A stretch of DNA of 64,000 nucleotides, from assembly GCA_034927475.1 (NCBI GenBank), contig JAYFPW010000002.1:117003-181002 (forward strand), read 5' to 3'. Shown piece after piece: positions 47,131 through 56,039 of the stretch. The notes under the pieces were generated by a model that was not told where the DNA came from, made no database searches, and was given only the letters and a program-made list of their open reading frames with translations. Numbering within the stretch: the stretch's first letter is position 1; each line of letters starts with the position of its first letter. Origin of the DNA: Candidatus Elulimicrobiales bacterium (GTDB lineage: Bacteria > Patescibacteriota > Minisyncoccia > Phycocordibacterales > UBA5272). Position numbers and translations under genes: made by a program.

Positions 47131-48273
47131 ACTAAAATTTCTTATATCGTATAAATCGTCTTCCCTTTCCTGAAAATCACGTATCTCTTGTTTACTTCTG
47201 TCATCTTCTAATTTAAAATCACTTATATCTTCTAAATTTTCTGAAGCATTACCTGTTTGAATACTAATAGAATTAGCAATTTCTTTTAGAGTATTATTTT
47301 CTTGATGATTTAAAACTGGTATAGTGCTTTCGCTATTTCGGTTATTTAAAATTTCTTCTCCTAACACACTCTCTCTTGTATTAATATTTTCTTCAACTAA
47401 ACCCATTTCTTTTTTGATTTTATCAAACATCCCTTCGTGAACCTTTTCAGTACCAATTTTCTTTATTAATCCCGCTAAAGCCAAAAGTTCATCATGAGAA
47501 AAATAATCAATAGTAATCTTTCCACCTTTTTCTTTTGGTTCAATAGAGACTCTGGTTCCTAAACTTTCAGCTAATTTTTTTTCTAAATCTATAACTTCCG
47601 GATTTGAAACTAAAGATTTTTTTCTGACTTTTTCTAAAGCTACCCTTCTAGCCAGTCCTTCCGCTTCACGAACGGTCATTTTTCTCATGAGCATTTCTTT
47701 GAAAAGTGTGATCTGCTCATCTGGTTTATCGACAAGCATTAAAAGAGGTCTAGTATGTCCTTCAGAAATTTTTCCATCTACTAAAGCATCTAAAATTTCT
47801 TGAGGAAGCATTAAAATACGAACTGTATTAGAAACATATTCCCTACTTTTTCCAACTTTTTTTCCTATATCTGCCCAATTAAGTTTAAACTCATCTGCGA
47901 GTTGTTGAAACGATTTTGCTCTATCAACAGCATTCAAATCCTCTCTCTGAATATTTTCAATAATAGCTAATTCCAGCTTGGCTCTATTATCATCACCAAC
48001 ACGAACAACACAAGGCACCTCTCTAACTCCAGCAAGTTTTGAAGCGCGAAGCCTTCTTTCCCCTGCAATAAGTTCATAAGCTACAGAAATTGAGCCGTCA
48101 TCATGAGAATCTTCTCTTCTGGTAACTACAAGTGGTTGCAAAACTCCATATTGACGAATACTTTCAGCAAGATCTTTTAAATTACGCTCATCAAATTCAC
48201 GACGAGGTTGATATGGATTTGGTTGTATTTTATCTGTCTCTATCCAAAAGACCGCATTTTGTAATTCAGCCAT
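47125..48273 (-). CDS. parB: ParB/Spo0J partition protein
   Basis: PNPYQPRR.F, GVLQPL, IAGERRLRA, IIENIQREDLN, HTH. Confidence 0.92.
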   Translation of the reverse strand: MAELQNAVFWIETDKIQPNPYQPRREFDERNLKDLAESIRQYGVLQPLVVTRREDSHDDGSISVAYELIAGERRLRASKLAGVREVPCVVRVGDDNRAKLELAIIENIQREDLNAVDRAKSFQQLADEFKLNWADIGKKVGKSREYVSNTVRILMLPQEILDALVDGKISEGHTRPLLMLVDKPDEQITLFKEMLMRKMTVREAEGLARRVALEKVRKKSLVSNPEVIDLEKKLAESLGTRVSIEPKEKGGKITIDYFSHDELLALAGLIKKIGTEKVHEGMFDKIKKEMGLVEENINTRESVLGEEILNNRNSESTIPVLNHQENNTLKEIANSISIQTGNASENLEDISDFKLEDDRSKQEIRDFQEREDDLYDIRNFSL

Positions 48274-48349
48274 AAATTTAAAGATTATTTATGGAAATAT
48301 TATAGCATGGAAAACTTTCTAAAATATGCTAAAATGTGTGCATAAAAAC

Positions 48350-48430
48350 GCCGAAGTGGTGGAATGGTATACACGTGCGACTCAAAATCGCATGCCTCAC
48401 GGCTTGTGGGTTCAAGTCCCACCTTCGGCA
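48350..48430 (+). tRNA. tRNA-Leu(CAA)
   Basis: TGCGA-CT-CAA-AA-TCGCA, variable arm, A73; no encoded CCA. Confidence 0.94.
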
Positions 48431-48480
48431 CTAAAAATATTTAAAATGACTTTTTTAGAAATAATTGCTATATTTTAAAT

Positions 48481-49203
48481 ATGAAAAACAGCCGGATAAA
48501 AGTAAAAAAATGGTTAAAAGTTGGCATTTCAATATTAGCTATATTCTTAGTTTTATTTTTTGCCATTTCTTTAATTGTCTATTTTTATATATCTAACTAT
48601 TCCAAAGAATTTATTTATGATAGCGCAGCTTCTATACCAAAAAATAAAGCTGGTCTAGTCTTAGGAACTTCCCCTGTCACCAAAGCTGGATCTTTAAATT
48701 TATTTTTTATAAATAGAATGACCGCAACTAAAGATTTATTGGATGCAGAAAAAATAGATTATGCTATTGTTTCGGGGGATAATAGAACAGTGGCTTATAA
48801 CGAGCCAAAGTATATGAAAAATTATTTGCTTAAATTGAATGTGGATGAGCACGCTATTGTTTCAGATTATGCCGGAAGAAGAACTTTGGATTCTGTTTTA
48901 AGAAGTAATGAAGTTTTTAATCAAAATGAGATAACTATCATTTCTCAAAAATATCACAACGAAAGAGCAATTTTTATTGCTAGGAAAAATGGCATAAACG
49001 CTGTAGCTTATAACGCAAAATATCCTTTTGAAAAATTTTCTGACAATATTTATATTAATGCCAAGAACTTTCTAAGAGAAATTTTAGCAAGAGATTTAGC
49101 TGTTATAGATATTTTAACCCACAAGAGACCAGCGATTTTAGGAAATAGTATAGAAATAGAAAATGAGAAAATTGAAGGAGTAAAGAGATTGATTTTAGAG
49201 TAA
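48481..49203 (+). CDS. sanA: SanA/DUF218-family protein
   Basis: GLVLGT, VSGDN...YNEP..M, DYAGRRTLDS, ISQKYH.ERA, REILAR. Confidence 0.85.
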   Translation: MKNSRIKVKKWLKVGISILAIFLVLFFAISLIVYFYISNYSKEFIYDSAASIPKNKAGLVLGTSPVTKAGSLNLFFINRMTATKDLLDAEKIDYAIVSGDNRTVAYNEPKYMKNYLLKLNVDEHAIVSDYAGRRTLDSVLRSNEVFNQNEITIISQKYHNERAIFIARKNGINAVAYNAKYPFEKFSDNIYINAKNFLREILARDLAVIDILTHKRPAILGNSIEIENEKIEGVKRLILE

Positions 49204-49207
49204 AAAT

Positions 49208-50137
49208 ATGGATAAATCTTTACCGAAAATTTATGTGATTATTGGGCCTACTGCTAGTGGTAAAAGTGATGTTGCTGTAGAGCTTGCAAAAAAAGTGAAA
49301 GGAGAAATTGTCTCAGTTGATTCCAGGCAAGTTTTTAAACACTTTGATATTGGTTCCGGGAAAATTACTAAAAAAGAAATGAAAGGTGTAAAACATTATT
49401 GTCTTGATATTGTTGACCCTGTTAAATATTCTAAAAAATATAAAAAAAATGGAGAGACTTTTTCAGTTCAAGAATATTTAAAATACGCCAATAAAGCTAT
49501 AAAAGAAATTTTAAAGAAAAAGAAAACTCCCATTCTTTGTGGTGGAACTGGATTCTATATCGACGCTATTCTGTATGGTTTACCAAAAAATGCAAAACCA
49601 AATCCTCTACTTCGCACTCTTCTTGAAAAAGAAGATTTAAAATCTTTACTTACTAGAATTAAAAAATTAAATAAAGAAAAATATTTAGAGCTAACAAAAA
49701 ATGAAAATCCAAGTGAAAGAAATAACAAAAGAAGACTAATTAGAATAATAGAAATCTTAGAAGCTAAAAAATCTGAAAATAAAATTCCTGAAATTTCTAA
49801 ACGAAATACTAAATTAAAATACGAGCCAGAATTTATTTTTATAGAAAAAACAAACGAAGAAATTAGGGAAAGAATTAATTTAAGATTAAAGAAAAGACTA
49901 GAAGGAAAAGGTAAAAATAATCTTATAAATGAAATTAAATTTTTAAGAAATGAATTAAAACTTGATGATAAATGGCTTCTTTCTTTAGGTTTAGAATACA
50001 AATATGTGACTCGATATCTTCGCAGAGAACTCACCTATGAAGAGATGATTGAAACTCTACAAAACAAAATTTGGCAGTTCGCTAAGAGGCAAATTTTATG
50101 GAATAAGAGGTATAAAAATGCTATAATAGCCAAATAA
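49208..50137 (+). CDS. miaA: tRNA dimethylallyltransferase
   Basis: GPTASGKS, SVDSRQV..DIGSGK, CGGTGFY, FAKRQ..W. Confidence 0.93.
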   Translation: MDKSLPKIYVIIGPTASGKSDVAVELAKKVKGEIVSVDSRQVFKHFDIGSGKITKKEMKGVKHYCLDIVDPVKYSKKYKKNGETFSVQEYLKYANKAIKEILKKKKTPILCGGTGFYIDAILYGLPKNAKPNPLLRTLLEKEDLKSLLTRIKKLNKEKYLELTKNENPSERNNKRRLIRIIEILEAKKSENKIPEISKRNTKLKYEPEFIFIEKTNEEIRERINLRLKKRLEGKGKNNLINEIKFLRNELKLDDKWLLSLGLEYKYVTRYLRRELTYEEMIETLQNKIWQFAKRQILWNKRYKNAIIAK

Positions 50138-50139
50138 TT

Positions 50140-51639
50140 ATGGAAAATAAATACTATATAACTATTGGGCTTGAAATACATGCAGAGTTAAAAACGAACA
50201 GTAAAATGTTCTGTTCTTGTGCAAATGTCCCCCTAGAAGACTCTCCTAACAAAAATGTCTGTCCTATTTGTATGGCTCACCCTGGAACACTGCCTGTTTT
50301 AAATAAAGAAGCTATTAAAAAAATGATTGAGATTGGTCTCTATATTAAAGCAAATATCGCCGACTTCACTGAATGGGATAGAAAACATTATTTTTATCCA
50401 GATATTCCAAAAGCTTATCAATTAACTCAATATAAATACCCTATTGTCTCTGGTGGAGCAATAAATAATTGGCCTTTGACTCGTATTCATTTAGAAGAAG
50501 ACACAGCCAAATCTACTCACGATCAAGGAGATCATACTCTTATAGATTTTAATCGTTCTGGAGTGCCACTTATGGAATTAGTAACCGAGCCACAGACTTT
50601 TGACGATATTGAAATAGCGGCGAAAGCTTGTAGCGACTTTGCAAAAGAATTACAACTTATTTTAAGAACTTTAGACGCGAGTGAAGCAGAAATGAGTAAA
50701 GGCCAAATGAGAATTGAAGTAAATTTATCTGTCACTCAAGATAAAAATAAATTTGGTACAAAAGTTGAAGTTAAAAATATTAACTCTTTCAAATCGGTAG
50801 AAGATTCTGTACGTTTTGAAGCTAAAAGACATATTGAATTAAACGAAGCTGGCAAGAAAGATGAAATAGTTCAAGAAACTAGAGGTTTTGAAGAAAATAA
50901 AAGAATCACTGTCAGTCAAAGAAAAAAAGAATCTGCTAATGATTATAAATATTTTCCAGATCCAGATCTCCCAAAACTGTATTTACACACTCTCTTTGAT
51001 CTAAAATCTATAGAAGAATCTTTACCGGAAAGACTTCCAGAAATAAGACAAAATCTTAAAGATGCTGGAGTAAAAGAAGAGTATGTCGAATTACTTTTAA
51101 ATAACACTATCTTATTCAAATATTTTGACGAAGTAAAAAAAGAAATCGAGAATCATGATTTCTCAAAAGAGAAAATTAATAAATTAATTAATTTATCCGT
51201 CAATTATATTTGTGTGGATGTTTCCTCTATTTTACAAAAAAGTAATACTGAAAACTTGGTTCACTTTGTAGATGAAGGAGATTTTGTAGAAATTATGGAA
51301 ATGCTTCTAGAAAATGAACTTTCTAGTCGTGGAGCTAAAGATTTAATCACTTTTATGATGACAGAATTATCAAATGAAAAAATGCTTGAAATGGCAGAAA
51401 ATGATATGTCAGCTAGAGAAATTGCGGAAATGAAAGGTCTCATACAAAAAAATGATAAAGAAAGTTTGGAGAAGATTTTAAATACAGTAATAGAAAATAA
51501 TAAAGAACAGTGGGAAGCTTTAAAAAACGGAAACGAAAAATTAATAATGTTTTTTGTTGGACAAGCTATGAAAGAAGCTAAAGGTTCTGGAAATCCTCAA
51601 TTATTTACTGAAATTATTAAAGAAAAATCCTTAAATTAG
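50140..51639 (+). CDS. gatB: Asp/Glu-tRNA amidotransferase subunit B
   Basis: IGLEIHAEL.T.SKMFC, PGTLP, YFYPD.PK, RIHLEED, DFNRSG.PLMELVTEP. Confidence 0.95.
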   Translation: MENKYYITIGLEIHAELKTNSKMFCSCANVPLEDSPNKNVCPICMAHPGTLPVLNKEAIKKMIEIGLYIKANIADFTEWDRKHYFYPDIPKAYQLTQYKYPIVSGGAINNWPLTRIHLEEDTAKSTHDQGDHTLIDFNRSGVPLMELVTEPQTFDDIEIAAKACSDFAKELQLILRTLDASEAEMSKGQMRIEVNLSVTQDKNKFGTKVEVKNINSFKSVEDSVRFEAKRHIELNEAGKKDEIVQETRGFEENKRITVSQRKKESANDYKYFPDPDLPKLYLHTLFDLKSIEESLPERLPEIRQNLKDAGVKEEYVELLLNNTILFKYFDEVKKEIENHDFSKEKINKLINLSVNYICVDVSSILQKSNTENLVHFVDEGDFVEIMEMLLENELSSRGAKDLITFMMTELSNEKMLEMAENDMSAREIAEMKGLIQKNDKESLEKILNTVIENNKEQWEALKNGNEKLIMFFVGQAMKEAKGSGNPQLFTEIIKEKSLN

Positions 51640-51655
51640 AATTGTTAAATTCTGT

Positions 51656-51711
51656 TTGACGTAACAAAATTACTTTGTTATATTGTTTGTCCTCGAGAGA
51701 AATAGTTCTTT
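51656..51711 (+). promoter_or_regulatory. sigma70 promoter plus boxA-like motif
   Basis: TTGACG-17-TATATT with TG extension; GTTCTTT at 51705-51711. Confidence 0.7.
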
Positions 51712-51739
51712 TTTTAAAAATCATTAAACTTGTTAAATC

Positions 51740-51832
51740 ATGACGAGAATTTACTGGGAAACCTATCCAATTAACCTCCCTGTTCCACAAAAACCGGCTG
51801 AACCAATACGTGACGGAAGTTATTTTGGATAA
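51740..51832 (+). CDS. 30-aa micropeptide (not in ORF track)
   Basis: MTRIYWETYPINLPVPQKPAEPIRDGSYFG*, framed by promoter and terminator. Confidence 0.45.
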   Translation: MTRIYWETYPINLPVPQKPAEPIRDGSYFG

Positions 51833-51848
51833 CAGTGTTTAAAAGGTT

Positions 51849-51881
51849 GACTGCTTTGCTTAGCGAAGCAGTCTTTTTTTT
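51849..51881 (+). terminator. Intrinsic terminator
   Basis: GACTGCTTTGC-TTA-GCGAAGCAGTC followed by T8. Confidence 0.85.
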
Positions 51882-52932
51882 AATTTGTACTGAGAATGTT
51901 AAATAATTTCTTTTCAAATTCTTTTACTGATTCATCATCAAAAAGTGAAAGTAAAATAATATCTTCTTTCTTTTGTTTAGAAGCTTTAGCAAGATCGGAA
52001 ACTTTTTTTGCTAATTCTTTCTGTGCCTCGCTGGAGCTGGCGAAAGCTGGATTATCTTTCAATTCATCTATTTTAGATAAAATTATAATTTCTTTCTTTT
52101 TGGCAAGTTCATTATCTTTAGTACTTAAAAGATTATCTTCTTTATTTTTATTGTCGTAATTTTTCAATTCTTCTCGAATAGTCTTATAAGCTAATTTTAC
52201 ATCTTCATTTTCTACAGAAACTAAATGAAAAAGTATTCTAGTACGAGAAATGTGTTTTAAAAATTTATATCCTAAACCTTTGCCTTCGCTAGCTCCTTCG
52301 ATGAGCCCCGGAATATCTGCTAGAATAAATTTTTGATAAGCTCCAAGATTTGGTTCAAGTGTTGTAAATGCATAATTACCAATCTTAGCTTTACTATTGG
52401 TTAATATATTTAAAATAGAACTTTTCCCGGCATTTGGTAAACCGATAAAGCCTGCATCAGCAATGAGTTTTAACTCTATTTCTAAAACAGCGTCTTCTCC
52501 TCTTTCCCCTTTTGTAAATTGTTCTGGAGCTTGATTGGTAGAAGTTTTAAAATTTTCATTACCAAGCCCACCTTTTCCCCCTCTTAAAATTAAAATTTCT
52601 TCTCCTACTTTATCACATTCATATTTTATATCGTATGTTTTGTTATAAACTAAAGATCCAGCTGGTATGCGAAGATAAAGATCTTCTGCTCCGTGCCCAT
52701 GCATGCTTCTCTTTTTACCAGCTTCGCCATTTTCCGCTGACCATTCTTTTTTGTTTTTATAGTCATCTAAAGCTTGAATATCTTGAACAACACGCAGATA
52801 AACATCTCCACCTTTACCACCATCACCTCCAGCTGGCCCACCATAAGGAATACCTTTTTCTCTCCTCCAGCGTACAACACCGTCTCCACCATTTCCAGCC
52901 TTTACATTTATAACTATGTGATCGATTAACAT
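51880..52932 (-). CDS. obgE: GTPase ObgE/CgtA
   Basis: AGNGGDG, GGPAGGDGG.GG, GLPNAGKS, YAFTTLEPNLG, DIPGLIEGA. Confidence 0.95.
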   Translation of the reverse strand: MLIDHIVINVKAGNGGDGVVRWRREKGIPYGGPAGGDGGKGGDVYLRVVQDIQALDDYKNKKEWSAENGEAGKKRSMHGHGAEDLYLRIPAGSLVYNKTYDIKYECDKVGEEILILRGGKGGLGNENFKTSTNQAPEQFTKGERGEDAVLEIELKLIADAGFIGLPNAGKSSILNILTNSKAKIGNYAFTTLEPNLGAYQKFILADIPGLIEGASEGKGLGYKFLKHISRTRILFHLVSVENEDVKLAYKTIREELKNYDNKNKEDNLLSTKDNELAKKKEIIILSKIDELKDNPAFASSSEAQKELAKKVSDLAKASKQKKEDIILLSLFDDESVKEFEKKLFNILSTN

Positions 52933-52956
52933 ATATTTACTAGAAATAATAACACA

Positions 52957-52990
52957 AAAACACTGAAATATAAAGATATTTCAGTGTTTT
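52957..52990 (-). terminator. Intrinsic terminator
   Basis: AAAACACTGAAATAT-AAAG-ATATTTCAGTGTTTT. Confidence 0.75.
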
Positions 52991-53005
52991 AAATTTTAAA
53001 ATATT

Positions 53006-54040
53006 TTATTGAAAATATTCTTTACAATAAGGATTTCCAATATTAGTTGGGCAATACATCATTGTACAATACATCGGTCCTCCTGATATACTTCTTCCGC
53101 AAGAATTACATCCATCAAACCAGCTTTTACAGTTATAAGGTGCTTCATTAGGAATTGGATTTTCCACTTTTACAGTCTGAGTAGTCTCTGTTGTCTGTCC
53201 ATTTGAGGATTTAACTTTAACAACGACTGTATAAACTCCAGCATTCGTATATGTGTGTTCAAAAGTACTTCCTTGCGCAAAAGAACTTGCGTAAGAGTTT
53301 GTTTCGTATAAAATTTTATAAACCCCTTCATCACCCCAAACAATTTCATAAGTTAAATAAGAATTGTCTGAGACGCTAGCTGAAATTGACCATTTTCCAA
53401 CTTCTCCTACTTTAAGATTTGTGGGCCCTGAAATTGAATGAATTACAGGTTTAGAGACGGTAGAATCTGTAAAATATTCTATACATCTTGGTTTGTGGGC
53501 CGCGAACCAAGCTTCATCACCACCTTGAATACACATCATTTTTGTACAAGCGAGAGGTCCTCCTAGTGTACCTCTATGGCAAGTATTACATCCGTCATAC
53601 CAAACCTTACAATTTTTTGGAGCTTCATTTGTTCCAGGATCTATTACGATTGGTGGAACCGGAGGAGTGTAACACGCTTTACTATTGATAGAAGCTCTAG
53701 TAAGTGGTCCAAAATATCCGGTTGTTATAATACCATTGTCTTTTTGAAAAGCTCTAACAGCATTAAAAGTTACAGAACCAAAATATCCAGTTGAATAATG
53801 GTCAAAGTAACCATGTTCACGAAGTTTGTCTTGTAAAGTTGTAACATCTCCTGACCTCATACCCATCCTTAGATTTCTTGAAAATGAATTACAAAATCTT
53901 AGTGGAGCGTCAGCAGAAACATTAGAAATTACAGTATTAGCATTAGAAGTCGAAGGGATTATAGTTTGAGCGGTTACTAAACTATAAATTAAACCTCCAA
54001 AAACTAGAAAACTAAAAACAAAAATTAATTTCTTTTTCAT
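53006..54040 (-). CDS. Secreted peptidoglycan-binding protein with PKD-like domain and two Cys-rich repeats
   Basis: Signal peptide; LRMG..DV..LQ..L..TGYFG..T..AVRAFQ..TGYFGPLTR; WGD..HTY..G.Y; two C.W.DGCN.C..GP..CT...C repeats. Confidence 0.8.
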   Translation of the reverse strand: MKKKLIFVFSFLVFGGLIYSLVTAQTIIPSTSNANTVISNVSADAPLRFCNSFSRNLRMGMRSGDVTTLQDKLREHGYFDHYSTGYFGSVTFNAVRAFQKDNGIITTGYFGPLTRASINSKACYTPPVPPIVIDPGTNEAPKNCKVWYDGCNTCHRGTLGGPLACTKMMCIQGGDEAWFAAHKPRCIEYFTDSTVSKPVIHSISGPTNLKVGEVGKWSISASVSDNSYLTYEIVWGDEGVYKILYETNSYASSFAQGSTFEHTYTNAGVYTVVVKVKSSNGQTTETTQTVKVENPIPNEAPYNCKSWFDGCNSCGRSISGGPMYCTMMYCPTNIGNPYCKEYFQ

Positions 54041-54151
54041 ATTTATTTATTTTATTGATAAAAAGATACAACTTCATTGTAGCACCACAATAAAAAAGAG
54101 CAATAAATTTGTTAAAAAAATTAACCTTCGAAAACGTAAGATTTTTAAATC

Positions 54152-54180
54152 TTGACATATTAGTATATTTTATATATAAT
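54152..54180 (+). promoter_or_regulatory. Perfect-consensus sigma70 promoter
   Basis: TTGACA-17-TATAAT. Confidence 0.8.
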
Positions 54181-54214
54181 ATAGAAAGATACGCACCTAA
54201 AAATATAAATAATA

Positions 54215-54382
54215 ATGAAAAAGTTATTGACCTGGTTAGTTATTCTCATAGTTATTTTGATATTTCTTTTGAGAAATTTCGAGCTAACCCAATTGGAGGT
54301 ACAAAAAATTACCCCCTTTTTAATTATTTTTATCTTAATATTAGTCGTTCGCGGCTTTTATTGGATAGCAAAAGGAAAATAA
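54215..54382 (+). CDS. 55-aa two-TM orphan (not in ORF track)
   Basis: MKKLLTWLVILIVILIFLLRNFELTQLEVQKITPFLIIFILILVVRGFYWIAKGK*, between promoter and terminator. Confidence 0.7.
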   Translation: MKKLLTWLVILIVILIFLLRNFELTQLEVQKITPFLIIFILILVVRGFYWIAKGK

Positions 54383-54387
54383 AATTA

Positions 54388-54418
54388 AAAAACCGACATA
54401 TTTTATATGTCGGTTTTT
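54388..54418. terminator. Bidirectional terminator (orphan/rpoD)
   Basis: AAAAACCGACATA-TTTTA-TATGTCGGTTTTT. Confidence 0.85.
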
Positions 54419-54426
54419 ATCTTATT

Positions 54427-55926
54427 TTAGAAATTTTTTAATCTATAAGCTTTTTCGTGATCACGAATTTTTTCGTGCACCTTGGCTTCAATTTGACGAA
54501 TTCTTTCTCTAGTCACCTGAAATTCTTCCCCTACTTCTTCTAGTGTATGCATAACTCCATTATAAATTCCAAGACCATTTCTCATTTCTACAATTTTTCT
54601 TTCTTTTTCAGAAAGGTCCATCAAAATTTCATTAATCTGATCCGCTAAAATTCTTCTAGAAGCTTCTTGATCTGGAGAAAGAATTTTATCATCGAAAACA
54701 AATTCTCCCAGTGAGGATTTGTCATCATCATCTCCAGTTGGCTTTTCTAGAGACAAAGTCTCTTGATCGATATTTTCTATGACGTGAATTTTTTCCACAT
54801 CGACACCCATTTCGTCTGCAATTTCTTCAGATAAAGGCTCTCTTCCTAAATCTTGAGAAAGTCTTCTTAAGACTTGTTTGTATTTAGCGATAGTTTCTAC
54901 CATATGCACTGGAATACGAATGGTACGAGATTGATCTGCTAGGGCACGAGTTATACCTTGGCGAATCCACCAACAAGCATAGGTTGAAAATTTATAACCT
55001 TTACTGAAGTCATATTTTTCTACCGCTTTATAGAGTCCAAGATTTCCTTCTTGAATTAAGTCTAAAAGTGTAAGATTTGGACTTCTACCAACATATTTTT
55101 TAGCAAAAGTTACAACTAGTCTAAGATTTGATTTCATTAAAATACTTTTTGCTTCGTCGTCACCCATTTCAATCCTTTTAGCTAATTCTTTTTCTTCCTC
55201 TGAAGTTAAAAGTGGATACTGTCCTATTTCTTTTAAATAAATTTGAATACTATCTCTACCAGATTCATCTCCACCAAGTTTATTCAAATCCTCATCCATA
55301 TCGAGAAGATTACTACCGTCTAAGACATCTACTCCTGCTATAGAAAGTTTTTCATACAATTCATCTAAATATGAAATATCTCTTTCTAAATCTGGAAAGA
55401 TTTTTATAATATCATCATAAGTGATAAAACCTCTTTCCTTACCTTTTTTAATTATTTCATTTTCTTTTTCGAGACGATTTTCTTCAGTTTTTGTTAGTCT
55501 AGTTTTAACTTTAACTTTTTTCTTGTCTCTTTCTATTTTAGCTTTATTTTTTTCGATTCTTTTTTGTCTCTCTTTTTTATCTTTAGCGTTTTTAATTTCT
55601 CTTCTTTTTTTCTCTTCAATCTTTTCTTTAGCAGAAAGAGATCTCATATCAATAAATTTTTTAGTAGAAGTTTTAGCTATTTTTTTGGTACTATTTTTTT
55701 TACCAACCTTTTTGGCAGCAGGTTTTTTAATTATTTTTTTTGTTTTCTTTTCAGAAACTTCTTTAGGAATAGTTTTTTTAACTATTTTTTTAACTGTTTT
55801 TTTAGTTGTCTTATTGGTAGTCTTATTTTTTTCTTTCTTTACACTTTTTTTAATAGGAGAAGTTTTTGTTTTTTTCTTTATAATAACTTTCTTTTTTGGG
55901 GCGGTTTTTTTTGTGTTTTTTTTCAT
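54427..55926 (-). CDS. rpoD: Primary sigma factor with long Lys-rich N-terminal extension
   Basis: [53 protein letters not shown]; downstream of dnaG. Confidence 0.93.
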   Translation of the reverse strand: MKKNTKKTAPKKKVIIKKKTKTSPIKKSVKKEKNKTTNKTTKKTVKKIVKKTIPKEVSEKKTKKIIKKPAAKKVGKKNSTKKIAKTSTKKFIDMRSLSAKEKIEEKKRREIKNAKDKKERQKRIEKNKAKIERDKKKVKVKTRLTKTEENRLEKENEIIKKGKERGFITYDDIIKIFPDLERDISYLDELYEKLSIAGVDVLDGSNLLDMDEDLNKLGGDESGRDSIQIYLKEIGQYPLLTSEEEKELAKRIEMGDDEAKSILMKSNLRLVVTFAKKYVGRSPNLTLLDLIQEGNLGLYKAVEKYDFSKGYKFSTYACWWIRQGITRALADQSRTIRIPVHMVETIAKYKQVLRRLSQDLGREPLSEEIADEMGVDVEKIHVIENIDQETLSLEKPTGDDDDKSSLGEFVFDDKILSPDQEASRRILADQINEILMDLSEKERKIVEMRNGLGIYNGVMHTLEEVGEEFQVTRERIRQIEAKVHEKIRDHEKAYRLKNF

Positions 55927-56039
55927 GTAAAATATTTTATTTACTAAAAAATTTATAAAGTTGCAACCACGAACACGCTCTTGTCAAATTTTTTACAGTA
56001 TACTTCTTTTTTAAAAAAGAAGCAAGTCTTTTTAAGATT

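Noticed and set aside
53041-53630. Two similar Cys-rich repeats as a possible DGR template/variable pair
   Set aside because: Differences occur at all four bases rather than only adenines, both copies are coding, and no reverse transcriptase is in the window
54109-54441. 110-aa ORF in the track
   Set aside because: Spans a consensus promoter and a terminator and overlaps rpoD; the 55-aa ORF 54215-54382 fits the signals
55421-55947. Phe/Leu-rich plus-strand ORFs (169 and 127 aa)
   Set aside because: Antisense shadows of the Lys-rich rpoD N-terminus
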